Shown here one piece after another: positions 38,576-50,910 of a stretch of DNA of 64,000 nt; positions within the stretch are counted from its first letter, which is position 1; every line of letters begins with the position of its first letter. The notes under the pieces were generated by a model. That model was not told the DNA's origin. It ran no database searches and saw only the letters and a list, made by a program, of their open reading frames with translations. Source of the DNA: Octopus bimaculoides (Eukaryota); the NCBI RefSeq assembly GCF_001194135.2, contig NC_068998.1:20187-84186 (forward strand). Direction: 5' to 3'. Both the position numbers and the translations under genes were made by a program.

Positions 38576-38989
38576 TGCATGAAATACAAAAAATGTATAT
38601 ATCTATACATATAAAAAGGTCCTGCTTACACAGAATAGAAATGATATATAGAGAATTAAGGAGGTAAAGAACAGTTTCAACAACTGTTTCTGAGGGCTCA
38701 GTTGTCCATAATAATATTTATAGGTGGATTCCATCAAGAGATGAGATAAGCCTCTATCTTCAGGGAAGTGATCTTAGATTTGAAGTATAAGATCTCTTCC
38801 CTGAAGATGGAGACTCATCTCATCTCTTGATGGAATCCACCTACAATTATTATGGACAACTGAGCCCTCAGAAACAGTTGTTGAAACTGTTCTTTACCGC
38901 CTTAATTCTCTATATATGATTTCTATTCTGTGTAAGCAGGACCTTTTTATATGTATAGATATATACATTTTTTTTTTGTATTTCATGCA
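38576..38989. repeat. Near-perfect foldback element (~200-bp arms, 11-nt loop)
   Basis: 38576-38776 is the reverse complement of 38788-38989, with a few substitutions and indels. Confidence 0.92.
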
Positions 38990-39146
38990 TTCAATATATT
39001 TTATATATTGATCTAACTTGCTTTCCCTACATTTACTTCTACATACATACATACATACATACATGCATACATATAGCAGGAACAGTAATTTTATGTATGA
39101 GAAAACACTGAAAATTTGTTAAATATTGTTTCATTTATTTGGTAAA

Positions 39147-39239
39147 GTATCGAAATGCCCCTTGTTCTACTGCAACCTGGTCACTGAAATGGTTCAACCT
39201 GGTGACCTGGTTGCAGTGATGTGACAAATATTTCGATAC
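39147..39239. repeat. Small MITE-like hairpin
   Basis: gtatcgaaat / atttcgatac outer arms and actgcaacctggtcac / gtgacctggttgcagt inner arms (1 mismatch). Confidence 0.65.
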
Positions 39240-40197
39240 CTCAGAAAATATGTGAATTAAACAGTTTTTGTGGATTTATAGATGACTCAAATGTATGTTC
39301 CATTGTGTGGAAGGTTTAGTTTCGATAGGTGACCTCAGAACAAATGACTAACCAGATATATTCATCCCACATATACGTGTGTGTATGTGTGCATAAATAT
39401 ATACACAGATATGTTAATATGTATAAGTAAACTCATATGTATGCAATGAACGAATATATGTCTGTATACGTGTGTGTGTGGGGTCAGGATTTCAAAATGA
39501 ATTCTGATGCATCTGGTTATTTCTTATCTCATTTAGTCAAGAGTGTGGTCAGTGTCCATTGATCATCTTTTCCAGGGTTTCCAAGACTTGCAAGAGAAGG
39601 CAGGATATCGTCGAACCCAAATACTTGCGACAAAGTGGGCTTCAGTAAAGATACCCAAGAATTAATTAAACTAGAAAATGGATTAAAATAAAGATCGATT
39701 TATTTTTTGCTTTATTTATTAATTTTTGTTGATTAATTTTGGTATTTTCACGAATTCTTGCACAGAAGAGCAAAACAAAAAAAAAAATATTTATTTTCAT
39801 CAAATTTACCAATGTAATCAGAGAGAAATAAGAACAAAGTGAAATTGATTAGGTTTTAATTAATTTAAACCTAATTAATTGAAACCAAATAAAAAGAGTC
39901 TGGCTAATATCTCCAGTTTTCTTTCATCGATATCTGATTCAAGTTCGATCATTGTAGCAACTCTCCTTATTCTCAGTTACTTTCTTCCTACTGATGAGAA
40001 CTTTAAGAACTTCTTACCAACAAAAGAACCTCAGTGTTTGCATTCAATCTACTAGAAATAGCGGCCAAATCTTCTTGCTGTCGAAATACCGTTCAACCAA
40101 TAAAATATCTGTTGCATTGCATCGCGCACATCATCTTGTCTGTTTACCTTTGTGAAGAGGTACTTCAATCCTTTTAAAATATTATTACTATTATTAT

Positions 40198-40408
40198 GGT
40201 GACGAGCTGGCAGAATCGTTAGCACGCCAGATGGAATGCGTAGCTGCATTTCGTTCTTCTTTACTTGAGTTCAAATACTGCCGAGGTCGAAGTTGCCTGT
40301 CATTCTCTCGGGGTCGATAAAATAAGAACCAGTTGAACACTGGAGTCGATGTATTCGACTCATCCCCTCCGCCAAAATTGCTGCCTTTGCGGAAAAATTT
40401 GAAACCCT
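40198..40408 (+). mobile_element. tRNA-derived SINE with Nin/Deu-type core
   Basis: gagctggcagaatcgttagc head, gagttcaaat B box, ggggtcgataaaataag core, (TAT)n tail. Confidence 0.8.
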
Positions 40409-40429
40409 TATTATTATTATTATTTTATT

Positions 40430-41019
40430 GCCTTTGCACAGCTTCTAACGCTAGAGATGTACTACGGTGTCAGCTGTTGACTACCAGTGAACTAAGGTAA
40501 CACCCCTTAACTTTCGAGTATTCGAGCGGTTCCAAGCTGTGCTGTTTTCTGCAAGTGCTCCTCCCTTATTGCAGCTCCTATTTGTTCCATGTATTTCTCA
40601 AGATTTTTACTCACTGTTCCCAGAGCTCCAACAATTATTGGTACAACTACCACCTTTTTTCAGCGACACAACAGCTTAAACTGCCAATCGCATGCTTCGT
40701 TGTCAGCTGGGAATGCTATATCTATGATCCAGCATCGTTTGCTTTCTTTCTCAATTAACACTTTGTCTGGTTTCCTATTCTCTATCTCATGATTGCACTG
40801 AATCATAAAATCCTACAGGATCTTTGCATTATCATTTTCGATGATGCCTTCGAGTTTATGTTCGTATCACTTTTTTGCTCTGTCAAGTCCATACTTGTTG
40901 CAAAGTGTCCAAGGGATAATCCTTGCTATATTGTCACGAAGTCTCATATTCTTTCTGGATTAGTGGTAATATGCCATACAGTTTTACCATTTTGTCCACA
41001 AATTTGACTGGTAATCTGC
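40430..41019 (-). mobile_element. 5'-truncated Dong/R4-like retrotransposon, RLE domain and 3' end
   Basis: ICGQNGKTVWHI, ENDNAKIL*DFMIQ, NRKPD...CWIIDIAFP (PD-D/E nuclease) and VVPIIVGALG...LGTARIL; (AAT)n tail at ~40409-40430. Confidence 0.88.
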
Positions 41020-41020
41020 C

Positions 41021-41042
41021 ATCATCATCATCATCATCATCA

Positions 41043-41137
<95 letters not shown>
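41021..41137. repeat. Compound (ATC)n(ATT)n microsatellite
   Basis: Read directly. Confidence 0.95.
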
Positions 41138-41138
<1 letters not shown>

Positions 41139-41139
<1 letters not shown>

Positions 41140-41356
41140 AGGCGGTGAGCTGGCAGAATCGTTAGCGCGCCGGACGAAATGCTTAGCGGTTTTTCGCCTG
41201 TCACTACATTCTGAGTTAAAATTCCACCGAGGTCAACTTTGCCTTTCATCCTTTTGGTGTCGATCAAACAAGTACCAGTTGTGCACTGGGGTTGATGTAA
41301 TCGACAAGTCCCCTCCCCACAGATTTCAAGCCTTGTGCCTTAAGTAGAAAGGATTA
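41139..41356 (+). mobile_element. tRNA-derived Nin/Deu-type SINE, near full length
   Basis: ggcggtgagctggcagaatcg...ctttgcctttcatccttttggtgtcgat...gtgccttaagtagaaaggatta. Confidence 0.85.
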
Positions 41357-42685
41357 CACTGGGTAACACAAGTTTTGCTTCTCTAAATGTTTTTAGTGTT
41401 TCTAAGGTAATTTTTCTCCTGATTTCAAAATTACCCTTGAAAATTGCATAGTATCGATATTTTAAGAGATAATCGCGGTTTTCTAGAGAATGGGAACAAA
41501 ATTTTGCTGCAATAGTATTTTATTCAAGCTATTCACATTGTACACTAATAGGAACAAAAAATATTTTGTCCTAATATTTTTTTTTAACTGATGAGAAATG
41601 TAAACAAAACTATGGTGAGACTACAATAAGATTTTACTAGAAATACACCAAAGATCGTGCTCTCCTACTGTGAGCTCTTATATCTGTACGCACCAATGAC
41701 CATATAAAGTTCCCCCATCATTGCAGTGTTCCATCTTCCTTGGTATCTTTTCTCCATTGTAGCAATATCCTGATTGAATCTCTCACCATGTTCCTCACTC
41801 ACTTGAGACCTAAGTTTTCACGCAAAAAGTCTAAATTTGAATGCAAAAAGTGTACCTTTAATGACATACCTCTCAATAAGTTTTGCTACGAGTTGCTTGT
41901 AGTTTGGGTCTTCATTTTTACCAAAGAATCCATTGACAATATCTCGAAAACCCTAACCCTAACCCTAACCCTAACCCATGCCCCTCTTTCTCGATCCCTC
42001 ATCACATTTTCAAGTTTTGCTAACCTCAGATTTTCCTTACTTGATGTCCAGTAAATATACGACCCTTAACTTTTGCCTCAGCTTTGGAAAGAGTAGACAA
42101 ATCTCTTGAAATGCTTTTCCACCACAATCTAAAGTCTTTACAAACTGTTTGACCAAACCCAGCTTTATGTGAAGAGGAAGTAACAACACTTTTGCAGGCT
42201 CTAAAAGAGGTTGTCTTATAACATTTAGCTTTCCTAGCTGGAGGTCATCTTGTGGGGGCCACTCAGTCTTCTGGTAACGTTCATGATCAGCCTTACTGTC
42301 CCATAGGCAAAGAAAACACAAATGCTTAGTGTACTCACCCGGTAATCCAAGTAAGAAGCCAAGCATTTTAAAGTCGCCACAAACATCTCATTTAAACTTA
42401 TCATAGTTTACTTTCTCAAGAAGCTCTTTTACATTGTCATATTCTTCCTTTCTCTGTACGGAGTATGCAATAGGCAAGAATGGATGCTGATTTCCATTAC
42501 GTAATAAAGCAGCTTTGAGACTTTTTGTTGAGCTATCTATGAAGAGTCGCTATTCTTCAGGGTTCTGATGAATTCCAATAGCTGTAAATAAGCCATTTAT
42601 ATCTTTACAGAAGTAGAGATCCTTGCTTATGTCAAAGTAGACTTTGAATTCCTCACGGCGCCTCCTGTATACTGTTAATCTGTAG
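41357..42685 (-). mobile_element. CMC-superfamily (Chapaev-3-like) DNA transposon relic
   Basis: DVCGDFKML, YTKHLCFLCLWDS, LPLHIKLGLVKQFVK, MSLKVHFLHS and EEHGERFNQDIATME. Terminus CACTGGG at 41357, preceded by TTA. The family name rests on motif recall. Confidence 0.75.
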
Positions 42686-42689
42686 ATGA

Positions 42690-43010
42690 AATAAGCACCA
42701 GTACGCAATGGTATCGATATAATCGACTAGGCCCCCCCCCCTCTTCACAAATTTCAGGTCGTGTGCCTATAGTCGGAAGAATTATATACTAAGGCGGCGT
42801 GCTGGCAGAATCGTTAGCATGCTGGGCGAAATGCTTAGCGGTATTTCGCCCGTCGCTACTTTCTGAGTTCAAATTCCACCGAGATCGACTTTGCCTTTCA
42901 TCCTCTCGGGGTCGATAAATTAAGTACCAGTCAAGTGCTGGGGTGCGATGTGATCGACTATCCCACTCCCATCACATTCCAGGCCATGTGCTTTTAGTAG
43001 ACATGGTTAC
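42690..43010 (+). mobile_element. SINE 3' half (42690-42785) followed by a full SINE (42791-43010)
   Basis: Same head, core and tail motifs as 41139. Confidence 0.85.
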
Positions 43011-44500
43011 GGATTCATTGAGTCCATGAAATAATGTTTGCTAATTTCCTCAGTCTTACATTAAGTGCAGTTAGGCCTGGGAGACTAAAGAGAATATTTC
43101 TCTCTCTGAATATGAAAGCATTCTTTGTTCCTTTCCAAACTCAGTGGAATTTTCCCTTTCACTATTTAGAATCTGTGAAAGTAGAAAGGAGAAAAATAAC
43201 TTAGTTCTCGTAGGAAAACTGATTTTTTAAATATGATGTAAAATTTGAAGCAGTTTTAACAATGGGATACATTTCCAAGCTTATATCTTTGTTAAGCAAT
43301 ACAGAAAAAAGGTGCCCTATTTTCCATTTTACGTACCTTCGGAGTTTCAAGTTGTTTCAGTTTCTTGATGAATAAAGAGTGCATGATGGTTCCACAGAGG
43401 GTTATGTTATTAAGCCAAGTAATTCTAAATCTGGTGGGAGTTTGGTTTAAACAGAAAAACAATGATCCAACTCTAGTCTTACAGTAAAGAAGCAATTTTC
43501 TCCGTAGGATATGAAATAATATAAACTACAATTTAAACGCTATTTAAAAACACCTATCAGGGAATAGCACTTCTGATTAAATGAATGGTTTGCATTTTTT
43601 CTTTCTTTCAATGCAATTTAGAATCTTTTGAAAATATAATAATTCATTGTCATGTTCAAAATTTCTGTTTTCTTTTACAATTTGAAGAATGTATACAGAT
43701 ACAAAGATATTCTATATGAATGTAATATATGATGTAGTTAGAATATTTAGTTTTCTGAAAATAACCAAAATTTGAACTAAAACTCAAGAGATACAAAATA
43801 AAAATTATTTGTACGTCTAGGTTTAGTTCAAATCTCATTTTATTTGCCTGAAGTCATCAAAATATGTTCCACTATTATATCGCGGCTATTTAAATTACTT
43901 GTACTACTTGCCACAGCAAGAAAATGGTTTTAGCTTTTATTAAAAGATTGAAAAAAAAGAAGCAAAGGAGTCAATCTCATTACATGAGGAGCTCTTTATC
44001 CACCAGGGGCCAATGTAACTGAAGTCTTCGAAAAAGACTTAGTCCGGTGCTCAAATATTTCTAACAACTTAACGCTCTCATCATTGCAATGTTGATAGTT
44101 ATATCGAGGATAACCATAGCAATCTTAGTATATTACTGGTACCGGTTTCTATGCCAAGTAGACCTCACTGGGTTTTAACTCATAACCTATGGGACGCAAC
44201 AACATCTCTTCTTTGCTGATAGATACATCAATTAAGGGGAGGAGTTGAGATACTCTGATGACGTCAGGAATATTGAGAATAGCTTTAATGTGAACTCGAA
44301 CCCAGATGGCAACATTGAATCCATAAAATAGATCAGCAGCAGCAGACGTTTGAACATTGAAACACTATCCTGTCCAGCTAATTGACAACGACCGTCGGAG
44401 AATCTCGTCCCAGGCAGTTGGTTTAACCTCAAATCAAAACTGCAAGGTGGATTTGACGAGTAACGAGTTTATCACCATTCTACATCAATAGCTTCATCTG

Positions 44501-44502
<2 letters not shown>

Positions 44503-44591
<89 letters not shown>

Positions 44592-44597
44592 CACACG
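44503..44597. repeat. (AC)n microsatellite
   Basis: Read directly. Similar tracts lie at 3678-3807, 34690-34771, 45276-45326, 45585-45631, 59117-59198 and 63671-63733. Confidence 0.95.
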
Positions 44598-45273
44598 TTA
44601 TTTAACTGAAACCAAGACATCACGGTTACAACTGAGTTCCAACTCCATTCCTTTGCCGGTGGGGTGTGTGTGTAAGACTGGAGATTTAGCTTCAATTAAA
44701 TCTTATATCATTGTCCTTTTTTTTTTAACTAAGTACATTGTTTCTTGTTTGCATACACCAATGTTTATACACTTCTTTATTATATACTCTCCCTCTGTCT
44801 CTCATGCACATACGTACATACATACAGCTACAAACACGCACACACATACATATGCACATGCGTACACACACCTATAAACACAAACACACACATACACACA
44901 TATGCAAATAATTTACTTTACGATCTCTGAATGGAAAACTATTGTTATAGCGTTGTGTAATTTTTACAAATATTTCAAATGCAGAAACGACAAATAGCAA
45001 CAGAAACACAGCTATAACACTTTAAATCCTTTTCTATTATTTAATCCCTGCATAATCTTAGAAAACTTACAACAGGATTAGTTTGACAATCAAACTCTTC
45101 CACTTCCACCAAAACAGTTGGACTTCTTTTGATTTTGAAGAATCCTATTTGATAAGAAAAATATGCATATGAAAGCGGGCGTGTGTGTGTGCTGAGATAG
45201 AGAGGGGTGGGTGGGTGAGTGAAAAACAAAAGGGGAGGGGAAAGAGAGAAAGATAAAGAGAAGGAGACGGACG

Positions 45274-45329
<56 letters not shown>

Positions 45330-45581
45330 AAGAAATGCCAACAGACAGATTATGTCTATTATAGTGAAGATCTCATTGTAATGCCGCGAGTTCGCTGTCA
45401 GTGTAGTTGGTCAACTAACATTCCTTCAGCCAGTGAGAGATCTGAAAGAATGTCGACTGACCAGTTCTACAGACAGGAATCCTAGGATATCAGCATGAGC
45501 TATTGACCCTAATTTATCAATCATTAATGAGACAATAAATATTGTTACTCAGCTATTGGTATTGAATACTCTTTCCTCAGT

Positions 45582-45634
<53 letters not shown>

Positions 45635-45899
45635 ACATATGTATATGAGAAACTTCAAATACAGAAGAATCTACTTGCATAATGCGTGTAGGCAATTATT
45701 GGTGTTATTTACCTCAAGTCCAAGCTGCTTGAATGAACTGCCACACAGTCTTCAATACAGCTGCGAAACACGGATCCAGTGTTACTTATATTCTACGTCT
45801 GTATCTAACTACCATATATTGTGGTTTATCATATGGGATGCCGGCGGGTGAATAAATTTGGTCGCATAGATGTATAATTGACTGAAGCTATCTGGGATA

Positions 45900-45980
45900 C
45901 GACCAATAGTTATTCAATCGATACTAGAGATGGTGAAGCAAAGTCGATATTGATAAGAATTGAGCTCAGAATATAGAGGG
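45900..45980 (-). mobile_element. Degenerate SINE core, minus orientation
   Basis: gcaaagtcga...gaattgagctcagaa is the reverse complement of the family core. Confidence 0.45.
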
Positions 45981-46823
45981 GTGAAAATAAATACTTCAAG
46001 GTATTTACTCCAGAATTATATAATTTCTACTCCTGAACCAACATACCAATGGTGTTAGTGCTAACACACTATCTTAAAGAGAGTGTTTTGTCAGTGACAA
46101 GGGCTTTTGTATTTTGCAATTATTTAGTATTTTACATAGAAGGAAGGAGTAAACGGAAATAAATCAAACCGAGACGTTAAAAAGCTAAAATGATATGAAA
46201 ATCATTAAAAGGCTTCTTCGTAGGCCGCAAAACATTTATCCAAAATCTATAATTTAAGTAAACCTTAAGTACACAGCAAAAAACTAAGTGACACAATTTT
46301 CCTCAAACGTGAGAGCTTCGTACGCCCTTTGTCAGATTTTATTATTAATTCTGCCGGGTTCTCACATCTGCCTCAACTGCTACACTGTATGTACATTTTT
46401 GGTGGAGGGCGATTTTGTCACCGACAAACTTGAAATGGGACAGGTTGTACAGGATTACATAGTACCAATAACAAGTAAAACTTGACCTGATATATTCCAT
46501 CATGTCAGTACCAGTAAAATTCAAGGGATATTGTTAGTTCTCATTGTTTCTTTTATTTCTTCTCATAAAAGGCTTTTTTTTTTTACATTTGTGTAGCATT
46601 GATCTTAAAATAATTCATCTCAACAGCTTTAAATCGATTGTTAATAATGACAATGATTGCCAGAATACTTAACAATTTCATTATCTTTCCATTTTGTCTA
46701 ATTAATAGAGAGGTCTAAATACTCTATATCAGAATACCAGATGGAGTGGTCACAACTGGATCTTTGATCAAAACTGTCTAAAGGCACAAACAACAAATAT
46801 ATTAATATTTCTAGCGTTCAGAA

Positions 46824-47040
46824 GACGGCTGACTGGCAGAATCGTAAGCATACAAGGCAAAGTGCTTAGCTACATTTCGTCTGTCTTTACGTTCCGAGTT
46901 CAAATTCCGCCGAGGTCGACTTTGCCTTTCATACTTTCCGTGTCGATAAAATAAGTACCAGTTAATTAGTGGGATCGATGTAACCGACTTACCAACAAGC
47001 CTGAACTTGCTGGCCTTGTGCCAAAATTGGAAACCAATAT
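46824..47040 (+). mobile_element. tRNA-derived Nin/Deu-type SINE
   Basis: gactggcagaatcgtaagc...gagttcaaattccgccgaggtcgactttgcctttcat...taagtaccag. Confidence 0.85.
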
Positions 47041-47049
47041 TTCTGTCAT

Positions 47050-47230
47050 CATCATTATAGACGCCGTTGTTTATTGGAACTGAAACATCGATTAGGAAAT
47101 ATTTCTCTTCTTGATGGCCTTCGACAATAAGATCGAAACAATTTGTCTTAACTTGTGTTTTATAAACTGGCATCACTCAAATTTGTTCATTTTGTCTTTG
47201 TCATAGACATTTTCTGCTGAAGATTTCAAC
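47050..47230 (-). mobile_element. Small RLE-domain relic
   Basis: DMPV..T...NCFDLIV...EEKYFLIDVSVP-like motif. Confidence 0.45.
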
Positions 47231-48039
47231 CACCTCAATCCTGAGATTATTTCTTAATTACTGCCATCATTTCCACGTTATGACACTGACGACTCTGATC
47301 TGTGTGTGTGTGTGTGTGTGATCAATGTAATTCCTTCGTTACACCCACCACAACCACCACCACTACACAGTCTGTAGTTACTATAATCTACTTTGTTTTT
47401 AGTATTTTAACACCTCAATCAAAAATCTTTTGTCTCAGTTTTTGATCCTGTACTCTTCTTTGCTGAGTTTTTATTCTAATCCGCTTTGGTTTGCGAGGTA
47501 TTGCCCATGCTGGAGTATCTTCTTGCAACATCTTAGCAAAAGATTTTCTTATATAATTGTCAGTTTGTTATTTCTCTATCTTCTCGACAGTTATCACTTC
47601 CCTAAACCTCTATTTATATCTCTTAGACCCTCTAAATACAGAATCAAATGTATTTTTTATTCAAGTTTTCTGTCTATTAATATTATTTACCCTTTATTCT
47701 CCATATTATTCTAGTCTGGCAGTAAATATTGCATAAGGCACTCATTATTGTTTTTTCTGTCTCGTCCTGCTAATTCACTTAGCTTCAACTTGTGAATATT
47801 ATAAACATAATATTACTATACATTTACTACTTTTTTTAAATATTTGACTTAGTTTTAGGTATTAACATAAATACATTATAATATTCCTTACTAACGTCTT
47901 TTTATGTGAATTGTACCTTGCCTTAGTTCATTTATTCCTACCATTGTGGCAAAGAAGTATTTTTAAGATTGGCTCCGGATTGATTCTTTATCTAACATGA
48001 TATTACTCTTCTATAAATGTCTCGCTCATCAAGTTTACC

Positions 48040-48190
48040 TTGCGGCAAATGTTGTGGAGTCAGCATTTGTAGTTCCAGATAAAATTACTGAAGGAATTTA
48101 CTTATATTTGTTTATGTTCCGAGTTCAAATTCCGTCTTTCTGGAGTCAATAAAATAAAACCAATCAAGTGCCGGGTCGGAATAATTTATT
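48040..48190 (+). mobile_element. Degenerate SINE
   Basis: gttccgagttcaaattccg...gagtcaataaaataaaacca. Confidence 0.5.
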
Positions 48191-50872
48191 ATTCTTTCTT
48201 CCAAATTGAATTACTTTTCACCTAATTAAGAAATAGTTTGTTAATTATTTAGTTAATGGCGCTGTATTTAGTTCCTGTTTATTTTTACTTAATTCTTGGT
48301 TGGTTTGGAGGAGGTAATGGAGTCAAAGTGTTCGTTTTATTGAGAGAAAATGAATTCACATTTTTGACGGATAATTTGTGGTTTAGCAAGAATCTCTTGT
48401 TCTTTGAATTTGGGTACTTCACTTTTATGGGATAATTCTAGAACATTTGTCAATCCCCGCCTCTCTCTCTCTCTCTGTCCTCTTCCTCCTCCTTTATGTC
48501 TTTTCCTTGTTGATGATTTCATTAAGGATTGGGAAATCTTTTGTTTATTTCTCTCTTCGTTTGTCTTCCACATCATTTGCCTGGCTTTTCATGACGTTTT
48601 GAAACGATACTAGCTGTTCTGTGACAAAAATGCTGCAACTGCTGCTGTATAAATTAGTTGAGATAACCTGATCGTAGTTATGTTTCCATCTACTTCCAAC
48701 AATGATTTTTTTTTATTGCTCGTTGCTATTTTATCCATAAGTTTCATCTTTGGTGGGATACTTCGCTAATCCATAGAAAAATCTATTTATTCATTTCAAT
48801 TATTCAAGTATTTCCACGTTTAGATTATTGTTATATACAAAATTTCTATCTTTAGATCTTTCTACTCTTAGATCTTTCTCATTTTCAGTAATGTTCATAT
48901 TTTCGTTGCTGTAATTCATCTTTTGTTGGTCGATATTCTAAGAGGTATGCTTGGCTTCTTTTTTGTATGTTTTTTTTTCTGTTGCTTTTTCTTTCGCCTG
49001 GTCTATCGTCGTAATTTATATTCTCAATGTTTATAGTTCAATGTTTTTATTTGTATCGTGACTAAAAGGTATTTATAGCCTCCATTGCTTGCCTCTTATA
49101 TGATTTCCTTATCTGCTAATGGTATCGTATTACTTCACAATAATCACAACATTTTCCCGCATTTCATTCATCATTCTTCTCAATCTTTTCATCTCAAATT
49201 TATTTCCATGTACTATTTTTACTAAAGGTACTATTTGATCTACGTTGTGTTTTCAAAGTTTCATCTATGAACAGATAAATATATAACACCTACCTTTTCT
49301 TATTCACTCATCCCTTCCCATCCATAGTCCTAAAGTTACGAAAATTTTGCATATTACAAAAATTTAGAGACTCGCCTGAAAAATTTCTTTACAGAACTCA
49401 ATACTTCAAATTTTTACCAGTGATATATTTTCTTTCACAATTACTTTTTCTATATTTTCCGTTAAACATATCTGTAAACATTTCATTATCCGAGAAGGTA
49501 TAATTCCATTACAAAGTTTATAGGTCATATTTCACAATAATCTTAGGGGATTAGTTTAATTGTTCTCCACCCTTTCTACGACGTTCTCTCGGTTCTAATG
49601 TAGCTGACTCGCATATTTATATAAACTCCTACATAATCTGAAATGCAACCTCGACATTAACGGAGCAGATATGCTATCATATTTGTTGATATGTCTTTGT
49701 CTGATTATCTTCAGACATTAAGCACTAATACCTTCTGTAATTATTTCTGGTAGACGCCAACGAGGTAGCCTCTGCGCAATCGCTTATCCTGTTAGATATA
49801 GTAGGCAAGTCTTTCTCAAATCAGACAAACATCTTTTTAAAAAATAGCAAATTCGATTGTGTAGTCCTGAACACACAATGTCTAGAATAAAAAAAAAAAA
49901 TATGGATTAGTCAAGACTGTAATGGTTTTGACCATAAGTCTGTTTGATCAGGGCTACTCTACGGTAAAACGATATCAACATCACAAAAATTCCATTTTAT
50001 AATACATCCCAGAATTATTTGGATTATTAGTGGCTCACATTTTTTTATGCTAAACAAGATTCTTCCTACCATTTCTAACGGAATTACTTCAAAAATAGAT
50101 AATACAAACATTGCAAAAATACATTTCTAATTCTTTATATATNNNNNNNNNNNNNNNNNNNNNNNNNNNNNNNNNNNNNNNNNNNNNNNNNNNNNNNNNN
50201 NNNNNNNNNNNNNNNNNNNNNNNNNNNNNNNNNNNNNNNNNNNNNNNNNNNNNNNNNNNNNNNNNNNNNNNNNNNNNNNNNNNNNNNNNNNNNNNNNNNN
50301 NNNNNNNNNNNNNNNNNNNNNNNNNNNNNNNNNNNNNNNNNNNNNNNNNNNNNNNNNNNNNNNNNNNNNNNNNNNNNNNNNNNNNNNNNNNNNNNNNNNN
50401 NNNNNNNNNNNNNNNNNNNNNNNNNNNNNNNNNNNNNNNNNNNNNNNNNNNNNNNNNNNNNNNNNNNNNNNNNNNNNNNNNNNNNNNNNNNNNNNNNNNN
50501 NNNNNNNNNNNNNNNNNNNNNNNNNNNNNNNNNNNNNNNNNNNNNNNNNNNNNNNNNNNNNNNNNNNNNNNNNNNNNNNNNNNNNNNNNNNNNNNNNNNN
50601 NNNNNNNNNNNNNNNNNNNNNNNNNNNNNNNNNNNNNNNNNNNNNNNNNNNNNNNNNNNNNNNNNNNNNNNNNNNNNNNNNNNNNNNNNNNNNNNNNNNN
50701 NNNNNNNNNNNNNNNNNNNNNNNNNNNNNNNNNNNNNNNNNNNNNNNNNNNNNNNNNNNNNNNNNNNNNNNNNNNNNNNNNNNNNNNNNNNNNNNNNNNN
50801 NNNNNNNNNNNNNNNNNNNNNNNNNNNNNNNNNNNNNNNNNNNNNNNNNNNNNNNNNNNNNNNNNNNNNNNN

Positions 50873-50910
<38 letters not shown>

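Noticed and set aside
38795-38890. Hammerhead in the large foldback (CTGAAGATGG...GAAAC)
   Set aside because: I could not build helix II closing onto GAAA, nor a helix I partner.
48690-49760. Very old LINE RT region
   Set aside because: Only a faint NYRPI-like echo was seen; too decayed to call by eye.
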